Origin: Candidatus Electronema aureum
GTDB lineage: Bacteria > Desulfobacterota > Desulfobulbia > Desulfobulbales > Desulfobulbaceae
Assembly (NCBI GenBank): GCA_004284765.1
Contig: NQJD01000019.1
Span: forward strand, 1 to 32,000
Direction of reading: 5' to 3'
Length of the DNA stretch: 32,000 bases
Part shown: positions 6,463 through 14,939 of the stretch, piece by piece
How positions within the stretch are numbered: position 1 is the first letter of the stretch
Layout of the letters: each line of letters starts with the position of its first letter
Notes under the pieces: model-generated
Told to the model about the DNA's origin: nothing
The model's input: the letters and a program-made list of their open reading frames with translations, nothing else
Database searches by the model: none
Position numbers and translations under genes: made by a program

Positions 6463-7788
6463 CTACTTGCCCCGCAGCTTGGCGCGAATATCTTCTAATG
6501 CCTTGCGCCATTCTTCCAGTTTAGGATGGCCAAGCTCTTCCGCAAGCTGCACAGCTCGGCTGATGTATGGCTCCGCCTTGCTCAGGTCGCCCTGCTTTAT
6601 GTACGCAATACCGATATTCCAGCTTGTCTCTGCTTCCCCTCGCCTGTCGCCAATCTCCCGGCGGATGCTAAGGCTCTGCTCTAAATAGGTTAGGGCATCG
6701 CCCTTGGCATGATGAAGCGCACCGATGTTACTCAGCGTTGTGCCTTCCATTGTCCGGTTGCCGACTTCCCAATGAATGACAAGGCTCTGCTCTAAATAGG
6801 TCAGGGCAGTGGTGTAGTCTCCTCGCGCATCGTAAATCTGGCTGATGTTGTTCAGCGTTGTGCCTTCCCCTTCTTTGTCGCCAATCTCCCGGCGGATGAC
6901 AAGGCTCTGCTCTAAATAGGTCAGGGCAGTGGTGTAGTCGCCCCGCGCATGGTAAATCTGGCTGATGTTGTTCAGCGTTGTGCCTTCTACTGCCCGGTTG
7001 CCGATCTCCTGTGTTATCATCAGGCTCTGCTCTAAATAGGTCAGGGCAGTGGCGGAGTCGCCCCGCGCAGAGTAAATCTGGCTGATGTTGTTCAGCGTCA
7101 CGCCTTCCCCTGCCTTGTCGCCAATCTCCCGGCGAATGACAAGGCTCTGCTCATACAAGGACAGGGCTTCGCTGTAGCGGGCAACCCGGTGGAAGTCATA
7201 GCCTGCCTCGTGCAAATAGAGCGCGCGTTCCTTCTTCTTGTCTTCCGGCAGCAGGGCAGCGGCCTTCTGCCAGTAGGCGGCGGCCTTGGCGTAGCGCAAC
7301 TGCACTTCTTGCAGCTTGGCCAAGTCTGCATTGGCCTCAGCAGCAGCAATGCTCTGCTGCTTGGCAACGTCCTCCAGCAGCTGTTCCGCCTTGGCGTAGT
7401 CGCCAGCCTCAATGGTCTGCTTGGCCGTTTGGTCGTCTCCCACGCGGGCCAGCAGTTCTTTGTAGTTGGCGGCTATCTCGCGCAGCTTGCTGTCTAAGTC
7501 GCCCGGCGGCACCTGCTGCTCCTCCAGTATCTTGAAGAAGCTGGCAAGGGCGGCCTCGGTGACGGCGAGCTGGCCTGCAAGCTCCTCAAGGCGTTGCGGG
7601 GGGATAACGCTGTTGTTGTATGTCACCGTGACATGACCCTTCTCCGCAATGATCGCCGGGGACTGGTTGCCAGTAGTGAAGATGCGGCCCAGCAGACGGC
7701 AAAAGAAGTTGTTCACTTGCTTGCCGATGGCGTGGTCGCCTATGCCAGTGTTCTGCTCGCCACCGCCGCTCTCAAACTTGTTGTCCAT
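6463..7788 (-). CDS. tetratricopeptide-repeat protein (TPR_10/12-type 40-aa repeats) with an uncharacterised ~150-aa N-terminal region
   Basis: Strong SD AAGGAGAG 5 nt before the ATG, which lies 33 nt downstream of the mfd stop. It contains about 6 repeats of the form EGTTLNNISQIYxARGDYTTALTYLEQSLVIRREIGDK. Confidence 0.85.
   Translation of the reverse strand: MDNKFESGGGEQNTGIGDHAIGKQVNNFFCRLLGRIFTTGNQSPAIIAEKGHVTVTYNNSVIPPQRLEELAGQLAVTEAALASFFKILEEQQVPPGDLDSKLREIAANYKELLARVGDDQTAKQTIEAGDYAKAEQLLEDVAKQQSIAAAEANADLAKLQEVQLRYAKAAAYWQKAAALLPEDKKKERALYLHEAGYDFHRVARYSEALSLYEQSLVIRREIGDKAGEGVTLNNISQIYSARGDSATALTYLEQSLMITQEIGNRAVEGTTLNNISQIYHARGDYTTALTYLEQSLVIRREIGDKEGEGTTLNNISQIYDARGDYTTALTYLEQSLVIHWEVGNRTMEGTTLSNIGALHHAKGDALTYLEQSLSIRREIGDRRGEAETSWNIGIAYIKQGDLSKAEPYISRAVQLAEELGHPKLEEWRKALEDIRAKLRGK
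6670..7140 (-). repeat. in-frame tandem DNA repeats (111+120+120+120 bp) inside the TPR gene
   Basis: Units start at 6670, 6781, 6901 and 7021, each with AAGGCTCTGCTCTAAATAGG (the 7021 unit begins CAGG...). The first ~88 nt of the three 120-bp units are nearly identical, with 3 differences between the 6781 and 6901 units. The last ~30 nt diverge. Confidence 0.9.
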
Positions 7789-7821
7789 GTTCTCTCCTTA
7801 TACGCTGCATCGGAGCAGCAA

Positions 7822-10800
7822 TCACTCCTGCCAACCAAGCAAGCGCAGAATCGCCGCAAGCTGTGCGAACAGCTCCGGCTCGGTTTTCAGGGCGACAATC
7901 AGTCGCCCATCCGGGGTGAGACGCACGGGTTCTGGCGCAGGCTTCTGCCCCTTTCTCAGCAGCTTGGGCTGCTTGAGTCGGAAGCGTTCGATAAAGGCCA
8001 GCAGGGTTTCTGGGGCAACCGTGGTCTGCTCGCTGAAACTAAAGACTAACCCCACTGGTGCCTGCTCCACCTTGCTGATGCCTAAGCAGCGCAACGGATG
8101 CTTCAACGCCAGCAGCGAGAACAGTGTTTCGGCTTCAGGCGGCAGCGGGCCAAAGCGGTCAATCAGCTCGTCCTTCAGGTCAGCAAGCTGCTCAGGAGCA
8201 GCAGTGCCTGCTGCCGACAGCCTGCGGTAGAGACGGTAGCGCAGGCCGGTTTCGCGGACATAATCATCCGGCAGGAAGGCAGCCACAGGCAGCTTGATCT
8301 CCGGCTCTGGCACAGTGGCTTGAGGCGCACCGCCAGCAGCGGCCTGACTCTTCAGATCAGCGACTGTCGCTTGCAGCAGTTCTAAGTACAGATCATAGCC
8401 GACTGCGGCGATGTGGCCGGACTGGGACTCGCCCAGCAGACTGCCGCCGCCGCGCAGTTGCAGATCGTTCATCGCCAGCTTGAAGCCGCTGCCCAGCTCT
8501 GAGCAGTCCATCAAGGCGCGGAGCCGCTGCTCGGCCTCGCTCGTTAGCTGTTCAACATCCGGCACGAGCAGATACGCATACGACTGGCGCGTTGCCCGGC
8601 CCACCCGCCCGCGCAGCTGGTAGATATCAGCCAAGCCGATGCGGTCAGCCCGGTTGATGATGATGGTGTTGGCATTGGCAATATCTAAGCCGGACTCAAC
8701 AATGGTGGTGCAGACCAGCACATCCACCTCATGGCTGATGAAACTGACCATGATCTCTTCCAGCTCGCTGCCCGGCATCTGGCCGTGCGCCACGGCAATC
8801 CGGGCGGTCGGCGCAAGCTGATGCAGATGCTCGGCCATCGCGTGAATGGACTGGATGCGGTTGTGGATGAAGAAAACCTGACCGCCCCGCGCCAGCTCCT
8901 GCTGCACCGCTTCTCGGATGACTAAATCATCCTTGCGGGCTAAGAAGGTCTTCACGGCCCGGCGATGTCGGGGCGGACTGGAGATCACGGACAGATCACG
9001 GATGCCGAGCAGGGACATCTGGAGGGTGCGGGGAATGGGCGTGGCGGTCAGCGTCAGCACATCAATATTGGCCCGCAGCCGCTTCAGCCGCTCTTTGTGC
9101 GAAACCCCGAAGCGGTGCTCCTCATCGACAATCAGCAGGCCGAGCTTATGGAAGGATATGCTGTCCGAGAGCAGCCGGTGTGTGCCAACCACGAGGTTGA
9201 TCTGGCCGGACTTGAGGTCGTTGCTGATCTGCTTCTGCTCCTTGCTGCTGCGGAAGCGGCTGGTGCAGGCCACGTTGATGTTGAAACCAGCAAAACGTTC
9301 GCGGAAGGTGGCCGCGTGCTGTTCAGCTAAAACCGTGGTCGGCACTAAGACCGCGACCTGAAAGCCGTCCTCAATCACCTTGCAGGCTGCACGCACTGCC
9401 ACTTCTGTCTTGCCATAGCCCACGTCGCCGCAAACCAGCCTGTCCATCGGCTTCGGGGCCAGTAGGTCGCGCAGCACATCGTCAATCGCGGCAGCCTGTC
9501 CCTCAGTCTCGTCATAGGGAAAGGATTCAGCCAGCTCCTTGTACAATCTACCCGGCGGCTCGAAGCTGTGGCCTTGGCGCATTTCGCGCCGGGCGTAGAT
9601 ATCTAGCAGCTCCTGCGCCTTCTGCCAGACTGCCTCTGTCACTTTGCGCTTGGCCGTCTGCCAGCGCGAGGAGCCGAGCTTGTCTAATTTGGGTTGCTCG
9701 TCACTGAGGCCCTGGTAGCGGCTGATCAGGTGGAGCTGATCAACCGGCACATAGAGGCGGTCATTGCCGAGAAACTCCAGCAGGAGGAAGTCACCGCGCT
9801 GTCCGGCAAAGTCCATGTTGACCAAGCCCTGGAAACAGGCCAGACCATGATCACGGTGAACAGCGGTTTCGCCGACCGCGATGTCCTCCAGTGCCAGCTG
9901 CTCTTTCTGGGCAATGCGGCCTTTTCTGCGCGAGCTTGGGCCAAGCCGTTTCTCACCAAACAGCTCGCCTGCGGACAGGATATGCAGCCCTTCGTCTGGC
10001 AGATCAAAGCCTTGCGAGAGCGGATGTTCGACGAGGAGCAGCGCACCGCGCGGGCAATCGGCAAGAACAAGGGGAGTCTTGGCCCGCTGCGAGTGCAGGC
10101 CGCAGCCTGCCAGCATCTCTTCTAAATGCTCGGCTTGCAGGCTGGACCGGCAGGCGATGATCGCTGTCTCTTTGGCCCGCAGCCAGTTAGTCAGCCGCTC
10201 GGCCAAGGGCGCGATCACGCCCCGCTGCTTGCGTCCCAGCTCGATCTCCTGCTGAAGCAGGGTATGGCCGCTGCCCTGCTGACCGTCTGGCGCAAGCTCT
10301 GGGCAAAGATCAAAGCGCGGTCGTTCTGCCAATCGCCGTTCCAGCTCTGCCGGGCTGAGGAACAGGCTTTTCGGCGGCAGAGCAAAGCCTTCTCCAGCCG
10401 CTTCCGCACAGTTGTGTTCGATGCGCTCCCAAAGCAGCCCGACTTTATCGCTCACCGCAAGCGGGTCTTGCACCACGCAGACTGCGCCTTGCGGCAGATA
10501 GTCAAACAAAGTCTGCGGCTCAGGGCAGATCAGGGGCAGAAGAAACTCAATGCCGGGGAAGCGGTGCTGCTCTTTGAGCTGCTGCAAAGCTGTGGTGTCG
10601 GTAAAACCAAAAGCCTCGGCCCGATGAGCCAGCTCCTCCTGCCATTGCGCCAAGGCAGCAGCATTGCGGGGAAAGAGGATGTCGGCTGCGGGCAGGAGAA
10701 TCGCCTCGTCCAGCTCTTCCTCAGAACGCTGGGTGAGCGGATCAACCACCCGGATGGATTCGACCATGTCGCCCTTGAAGGCGAGACGCAGGAACTTGCC

Positions 10801-11319
10801 CTCAAGGGCAGGTCGGAAAGGCGGGGGAAAGCAATCGACAATCCCGCCGCGCCCCGCCAGATCACCGGGCTGCTGCACCAGCTCGCAATGCTGATAACCG
10901 TTGCCGAGCAAGGCTGTAAGCAGCCCTTCACGGTCGGAGTCTTCTCCGGCCATGACTAACTCGCAGTGATCATTCAGCACGTTTCCGGGCAGCACCCGCC
11001 GCAGCACTGCTTCTGCTGAGGCTAAGATAATGCCGGGCTGACTACGTTCATGCAGGAAATGGAGCGCGGCGATGCGGGCAGCAGTGGTGGCTGGATCAGG
11101 GTTGAGGCGGGCGTAGGGCGGAATCTCAAAGGCCGGATACAGCAGCACCGGTGTGCTGGTAAACAGGCTGATGTCCCGCGCCAATGGCTCCAGCAGCTCA
11201 TCTGTCGGGATGATGCAGCAGATGCTCTGCTGCTGTTCCGCCTGAAGCCGGGCTATGCACAGGGCGGTGCTGCCGTGGTTGGGGCAGGAGAAGGAGAGTT
11301 GGTTATGAATGGGAAGCAT
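7822..11319 (-). CDS. mfd: transcription-repair coupling factor Mfd
   Basis: 1165 aa. It has the UvrB-homology N-terminal module, an RNAP-interaction region, and a superfamily-2 translocase with Walker A GDVGYGKTEVA, DEEHRFGV and QLRGRVGR. The length and order are typical of Mfd. Confidence 0.95.
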   Translation of the reverse strand: MLPIHNQLSFSCPNHGSTALCIARLQAEQQQSICCIIPTDELLEPLARDISLFTSTPVLLYPAFEIPPYARLNPDPATTAARIAALHFLHERSQPGIILASAEAVLRRVLPGNVLNDHCELVMAGEDSDREGLLTALLGNGYQHCELVQQPGDLAGRGGIVDCFPPPFRPALEGKFLRLAFKGDMVESIRVVDPLTQRSEEELDEAILLPAADILFPRNAAALAQWQEELAHRAEAFGFTDTTALQQLKEQHRFPGIEFLLPLICPEPQTLFDYLPQGAVCVVQDPLAVSDKVGLLWERIEHNCAEAAGEGFALPPKSLFLSPAELERRLAERPRFDLCPELAPDGQQGSGHTLLQQEIELGRKQRGVIAPLAERLTNWLRAKETAIIACRSSLQAEHLEEMLAGCGLHSQRAKTPLVLADCPRGALLLVEHPLSQGFDLPDEGLHILSAGELFGEKRLGPSSRRKGRIAQKEQLALEDIAVGETAVHRDHGLACFQGLVNMDFAGQRGDFLLLEFLGNDRLYVPVDQLHLISRYQGLSDEQPKLDKLGSSRWQTAKRKVTEAVWQKAQELLDIYARREMRQGHSFEPPGRLYKELAESFPYDETEGQAAAIDDVLRDLLAPKPMDRLVCGDVGYGKTEVAVRAACKVIEDGFQVAVLVPTTVLAEQHAATFRERFAGFNINVACTSRFRSSKEQKQISNDLKSGQINLVVGTHRLLSDSISFHKLGLLIVDEEHRFGVSHKERLKRLRANIDVLTLTATPIPRTLQMSLLGIRDLSVISSPPRHRRAVKTFLARKDDLVIREAVQQELARGGQVFFIHNRIQSIHAMAEHLHQLAPTARIAVAHGQMPGSELEEIMVSFISHEVDVLVCTTIVESGLDIANANTIIINRADRIGLADIYQLRGRVGRATRQSYAYLLVPDVEQLTSEAEQRLRALMDCSELGSGFKLAMNDLQLRGGGSLLGESQSGHIAAVGYDLYLELLQATVADLKSQAAAGGAPQATVPEPEIKLPVAAFLPDDYVRETGLRYRLYRRLSAAGTAAPEQLADLKDELIDRFGPLPPEAETLFSLLALKHPLRCLGISKVEQAPVGLVFSFSEQTTVAPETLLAFIERFRLKQPKLLRKGQKPAPEPVRLTPDGRLIVALKTEPELFAQLAAILRLLGWQE

Positions 11320-11381
11320 GGTGTTTGATACCTACCATGCAGCTTTTCAGAAGTAAACTGGAAGATGCAGTGAGCAGGAGC

Positions 11382-11418
11382 AAAAAAAACTGCCCAATCT
11401 GAAGATCAGACTGAGCAG
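11382..11418 (-). terminator. Rho-independent terminator downstream of the pal-like gene
   Basis: On the minus strand: CTGCTCAGTCTGA / TCAGATTGGGCAG, a 13-bp stem (two G-U pairs) with a 3-nt loop, followed by TTTTTTTT (plus-strand A-run at 11382..11389). Confidence 0.7.
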
Positions 11419-11454
11419 TGGAAACAACAGATGTACAGGCGGCGTAGGAGAAGA

Positions 11455-12162
11455 TTACTCCAGCACGAAGTCGGAGCGACGGTTCAGCTCGTAGTCAGAC
11501 TCCTCGGTGCCAGGGAACAGCGGACGCTCTTCACCAAAAGACATGGTTCTAACTCTGCCTGCCTCAACGCCTAAGTTGATCAGATACTTTTTGGCGGCCA
11601 TTGCCCGGCGTTCACCCAAGGCTAAGTTGTACTCTTTGGTGCCGCGCTCGTCACAGTTGCCCTCAACAATCACTCTGCTGCCGGCATTCTTCTTCAAATG
11701 CTTGGCATTCGCTTCCATCTTGGCAACTTGATCGTTACGCACCGCAGATTGGTCGAAATCGTAATAAATGGACTTCATCTGAGGGGACGAACGGCCATTC
11801 TTGCGTTTGTAATCAGCGGATTCGTTATCCGTAAAGCCAGAAGCCTTTTGGGATACACCGCTTCCCTCATTGAGGGCTTCTACAGCAGGAGCTGCATTCG
11901 GAGAATTTTGGATATCAGCCGCCATTCCTCCCGGTGAGGAAGGCAGGTTATCCAAGGCGGCATAATCACCGGGAGTACCGGTACCGGTGTCAGCAACAGT
12001 GCCATCGTCTGCTGCTATACCTGAATCGGGATCAGAGAAGGTGGAGTTTCCGCTCTTGGCTGGTTTACTGTACGGTTCTACTGGCTTAGGTCCGCAGCCA
12101 GTTAAAGAAAGGGCAAAGGTCATGCAAGCGCAAAGCAACATGCGATTCACAAAGGCACTCAT
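11455..12162 (-). CDS. pal: peptidoglycan-associated lipoprotein (Pal/OmpA-family)
   Basis: Lipobox LSLTGC follows a signal peptide, then a ~110-aa low-complexity linker. The OmpA-like C-terminal domain reads YYDFDQSAV...VIVEGNCDERGTKEYNLALGERRA...RRSDFVL. The gene is not flanked by tolQRAB. Confidence 0.8.
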   Translation of the reverse strand: MSAFVNRMLLCACMTFALSLTGCGPKPVEPYSKPAKSGNSTFSDPDSGIAADDGTVADTGTGTPGDYAALDNLPSSPGGMAADIQNSPNAAPAVEALNEGSGVSQKASGFTDNESADYKRKNGRSSPQMKSIYYDFDQSAVRNDQVAKMEANAKHLKKNAGSRVIVEGNCDERGTKEYNLALGERRAMAAKKYLINLGVEAGRVRTMSFGEERPLFPGTEESDYELNRRSDFVLE

Positions 12163-12236
12163 AACAAATCCTCAAGCAATTTAATAAATTAAAAAAAGAG
12201 ACAAACGGATGGAAACAACGAGCATGGAAACCTCAT

Positions 12237-12265
12237 AGAATACTTTTTCCCATCTCTATCGTCAA
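12237..12265 (-). promoter_or_regulatory. candidate sigma70 promoter for the pal-like gene
   Basis: On the minus strand: TTGACG (12265..12260), a 17-nt spacer, then TATTCT (12242..12237). Confidence 0.3.
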
Positions 12266-12366
12266 GAAAAAACATTGTTTTCACGTAATAGAGCGGCAGT
12301 ACTGCATTTGCTCTGTGTTTTCCAGCAGAACGAGAAAAATCCGCCGAGAGCTGCCGAGATTAGCTG

Positions 12367-12396
12367 TTGACAGAAGAATCTTTTCTGCGCTAAATG
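12367..12396 (+). promoter_or_regulatory. candidate sigma70 promoter for the AAA+ gene
   Basis: TTGACA (12367..12372), an 18-nt spacer, then TAAATG (12391..12396). It overlaps the first ATG of the ORF, so if it is real, translation starts further downstream (for example the ATG at 12499). Confidence 0.3.
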
Positions 12397-14769
12397 ATGA
12401 ATCAGGCACGATCTGGCCATGATTGCGGCGTTTCAGTGGTTTTCTCGCAGACAGCCTGCCTGCTTCTCCTTGTTCTTTTGACTAAAAACAGCCAGCCCAT
12501 GACCATGACCGCCCACAGCTCTAAGATACTTTTCCTTGGCTCCAACGTCAAAATCACCAACTTGCCAATCAAGGAAGTGAGCTTGTTGGAAGAGGGCAGC
12601 TTGCCCGCCTATGGTTACAACCCAGGTGATAACATTGTCTTGTTAGCCGGGCCAGTTACCATCGAAAAGGGACGATTAGAACAAAGCCTGACGTGGTTGA
12701 CTAGCTATTTAGCTGGTTCAGAGCTGAGTCCTCGAATCAACACTCTTTCTTACGGTACAGAACGGCAGGTTTATCAGTTGTTTCGTAAACGGCGGGGCAG
12801 CCGAGACAGCAAGGAAGAGGGCTGGTTTATGGTTAAACAGCTCCTGCCTGCCGAAGAGCGCGGCTCAATTGGACCGACATTCACCTTTAGTGCGCATGAA
12901 TACGCCATTGCTGGTTCCAACACCGGCATGGTGCTGATCGATGACTCCGGGATGCCGCCGCAAATCTGCGACGAAATGAGCGAGCTAAACCCTGGTATGT
13001 GGTGTATCGCCTTGGGAATTTCGGTTGCCCACTGGCAGCAATGGGCGAGGTTGCTCGGTGAACGCTTTACCCTTTTCTGCCGCCTCTCTGATTTGGAAAC
13101 TACCCGGATGGAGATGGATTCCTCGGTCAACTGGGAAACCATTGTTGCTATGTGCTTGCGTGCTTTGCGCACACCTGAAGTTGGCCTTTGGGACAGCCAG
13201 CAGCACCGCTTTCTCTGTCGGATTATTATTGAGATGTTTCCTCATGCTATTCTCTATGTCGGCCCAGATGCGATCTATTTTCGTTATCGCAAAGGCAGCT
13301 TGCCGGAGAAAAGTTCCTCACGTAAACGCGGCTCTGTACCTTGTTACGACACAATGGTCACGGCCATGCTCACTTTGAAGGCCCTGCACACGAACGGCTT
13401 AGACTTTTCGCGCCGAGCCTTCTACGATTTCTCCAAGCAAGTGCTGTGTAATTGGAAAAAATTAGATGCACACGGCTATCATTTTGACGAAGGATTACGT
13501 CTGCCCACGCTGGATTGTTCTTCAGCCTGCCTCAGCGGTCTGCCTTGTTCGTGCGCTGACAGTGTTGAAATTGATCCTTCCTTTATCGAGATGCCCTATT
13601 TCACTCCAGAATTTGAAGAGAACCTCGATTTTGCTGCTGGGCAGGCTTGGGGCGAGAAAAAGAAAAAGGCCTTGCGTTCCTTATTCCGCCATCAGTACGC
13701 GTATCCTTATTCAATCGAAGATATCAGCGGCACACAGCACCTGAGCTACATCGACATCATCATGTCTGTGCTGCATTGCCTCAAGGAAGAGGTGAATCGA
13801 GGTACTGGCTTTGATAATCTGCCTATTTTTCAGCTCGGACATCTTCGCACCACGGACCCAGCAGAAATCGATCCTGTGCTGACTCTGCATCAGGTCATGG
13901 ATTCCTATGTTTCCAAAGAATCAGTGCTGCGACCGCTCTGCATCGGCGTATTTGGCCCGCCTGGTTCGGGTAAATCCTTTGCAGTCAAGCAGGTGGCCGA
14001 TGAGATCGCTAATCAGTCTGGTGGCAATCCTTTTGTTTTCTTTGAATTCAATTTAACCCAATTTGCTGGCCCAGACGAAATCAACGCAGCCATTGATCCT
14101 ATTCGTGCTTCAGTGGCGCAGGGCAAGGTACCCATTGTTTTCTGGGATGAATTCGACTGTCGCTACGATGGGCATGAGTTCGGCTATCTTCGCTATTTTC
14201 TGCCAGCGATGCAGGACGGCGTTACCTATGTACAGGGTATTCCTTATCATATCGGCAGGGCCATTTTTGTCTTTGCTGGCGGGGTCAAAGCCAGCTGGGA
14301 AGGAATGGAGCGGCTACTTACTCCCAAGAAGCCGAAAGACCTCCAGTTGACGAAGACTTTGAAAATACCAGATTTTATGAGCCGCCTGCGGGTAGTATTA
14401 GATATCGACGGCATTGAATTGCCAGAATACCTGCTCAAAGATTCAGTCACTGAGGAAGAAATGGAGGAGCTGCGGCGCATTCTCCTCAAACGGGCATTTA
14501 TCATTGCCCACCAAATGCAGACCCACTGGAAAAGCGCGGCCCGCAAAACCTCTGGCCTGCTGCTCCGATTGCTTTTGGCTGATTACAAGTTCGGTGCCCG
14601 TTCGATTGAAGCAGTCATTGAGGCCAGTCGGGCTGCTGACCGTTTGGTTTATGGTCTGCCAGAGCTGATTGCACCTTCCGCCGCCCGTATTCATGCTGAT
14701 TGGCGAGTGGATATGGAACGGAAGATTGACCAATTCCGCAAAGGAAAGGGCGTGCGAGCTGTGTGGTAA
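12394..14769 (+). CDS. AAA+ ATPase with a large uncharacterised N-terminal region
   Basis: A single long ORF. The classic AAA module is in the C-terminal third: Walker A GPPGSGKS (13954..13977), Walker B IVFWDEFD (14134..14157), then ...IFVFAGG..., ...FMSRLR..., and a lid ...GARSIEAVIEASR. I recognise no motif in the preceding ~480 aa. The start is uncertain (12394, or the ATG at 12499), and neither has a clear SD. Confidence 0.8.
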   Translation: MMNQARSGHDCGVSVVFSQTACLLLLVLLTKNSQPMTMTAHSSKILFLGSNVKITNLPIKEVSLLEEGSLPAYGYNPGDNIVLLAGPVTIEKGRLEQSLTWLTSYLAGSELSPRINTLSYGTERQVYQLFRKRRGSRDSKEEGWFMVKQLLPAEERGSIGPTFTFSAHEYAIAGSNTGMVLIDDSGMPPQICDEMSELNPGMWCIALGISVAHWQQWARLLGERFTLFCRLSDLETTRMEMDSSVNWETIVAMCLRALRTPEVGLWDSQQHRFLCRIIIEMFPHAILYVGPDAIYFRYRKGSLPEKSSSRKRGSVPCYDTMVTAMLTLKALHTNGLDFSRRAFYDFSKQVLCNWKKLDAHGYHFDEGLRLPTLDCSSACLSGLPCSCADSVEIDPSFIEMPYFTPEFEENLDFAAGQAWGEKKKKALRSLFRHQYAYPYSIEDISGTQHLSYIDIIMSVLHCLKEEVNRGTGFDNLPIFQLGHLRTTDPAEIDPVLTLHQVMDSYVSKESVLRPLCIGVFGPPGSGKSFAVKQVADEIANQSGGNPFVFFEFNLTQFAGPDEINAAIDPIRASVAQGKVPIVFWDEFDCRYDGHEFGYLRYFLPAMQDGVTYVQGIPYHIGRAIFVFAGGVKASWEGMERLLTPKKPKDLQLTKTLKIPDFMSRLRVVLDIDGIELPEYLLKDSVTEEEMEELRRILLKRAFIIAHQMQTHWKSAARKTSGLLLRLLLADYKFGARSIEAVIEASRAADRLVYGLPELIAPSAARIHADWRVDMERKIDQFRKGKGVRAVW

Positions 14770-14939
14770 GCAAGACGAAACCACCGCCTCTGCGCCGTTT
14801 ATTGGTATCTCTCCTCCGCCAGAACTGTTGCGGTAGCCTGCGAAATTGTGGTATGTAACAGTCTGCCTGAGAAGCATTCTTTCGGGCAGCGGTTACTGCG
14901 CTGCGACCGCTGCTCCGGTTGCACATCTTGTTCAGGAAC

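Noticed and set aside
5986-6688. Plus-strand ORFs 5986..6351, 6123..6338 and 6383..6688 in the yrfG-TPR intergenic region.
   Set aside because: They are translations of the palindromic and tandem repeats (…YAEAHTERMPRR…, …FRPQGEIS…RFLATLGMT…), and 6383..6688 runs antisense into the TPR gene. Repeat-derived ORFs of this type are classic annotation artefacts.
6199-7140. A CRISPR array as an explanation for the 23-nt tandem units (6219..6287) or the 120-bp repeats (6670..7140).
   Set aside because: The 23-nt units are contiguous with no unique spacers. The 120-bp repeats are in-frame coding TPR units on the minus strand. No cas genes or leader-like sequence are nearby.
7594-11328. Many long plus-strand ORFs antisense to mfd and the TPR gene (for example 10126..10959 at 277 aa, 7649..8230 at 193 aa, 8918..9361 at 147 aa).
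   Set aside because: They lie entirely inside the GC-rich mfd/TPR coding regions, where stop codons are rare on the opposite strand. They have Arg/Ala/Ser/Gly-biased composition, no SD and no recognisable motifs. The minus-strand products are unmistakable.
11455-12162. The absence of the tolQRAB/cpoB context around pal, considered as a finding.
   Set aside because: OmpA-domain lipoproteins are commonly multi-copy and unlinked from tol genes. The long low-complexity linker is also common. Nothing here indicates anything beyond a Pal/OmpA-family paralog.
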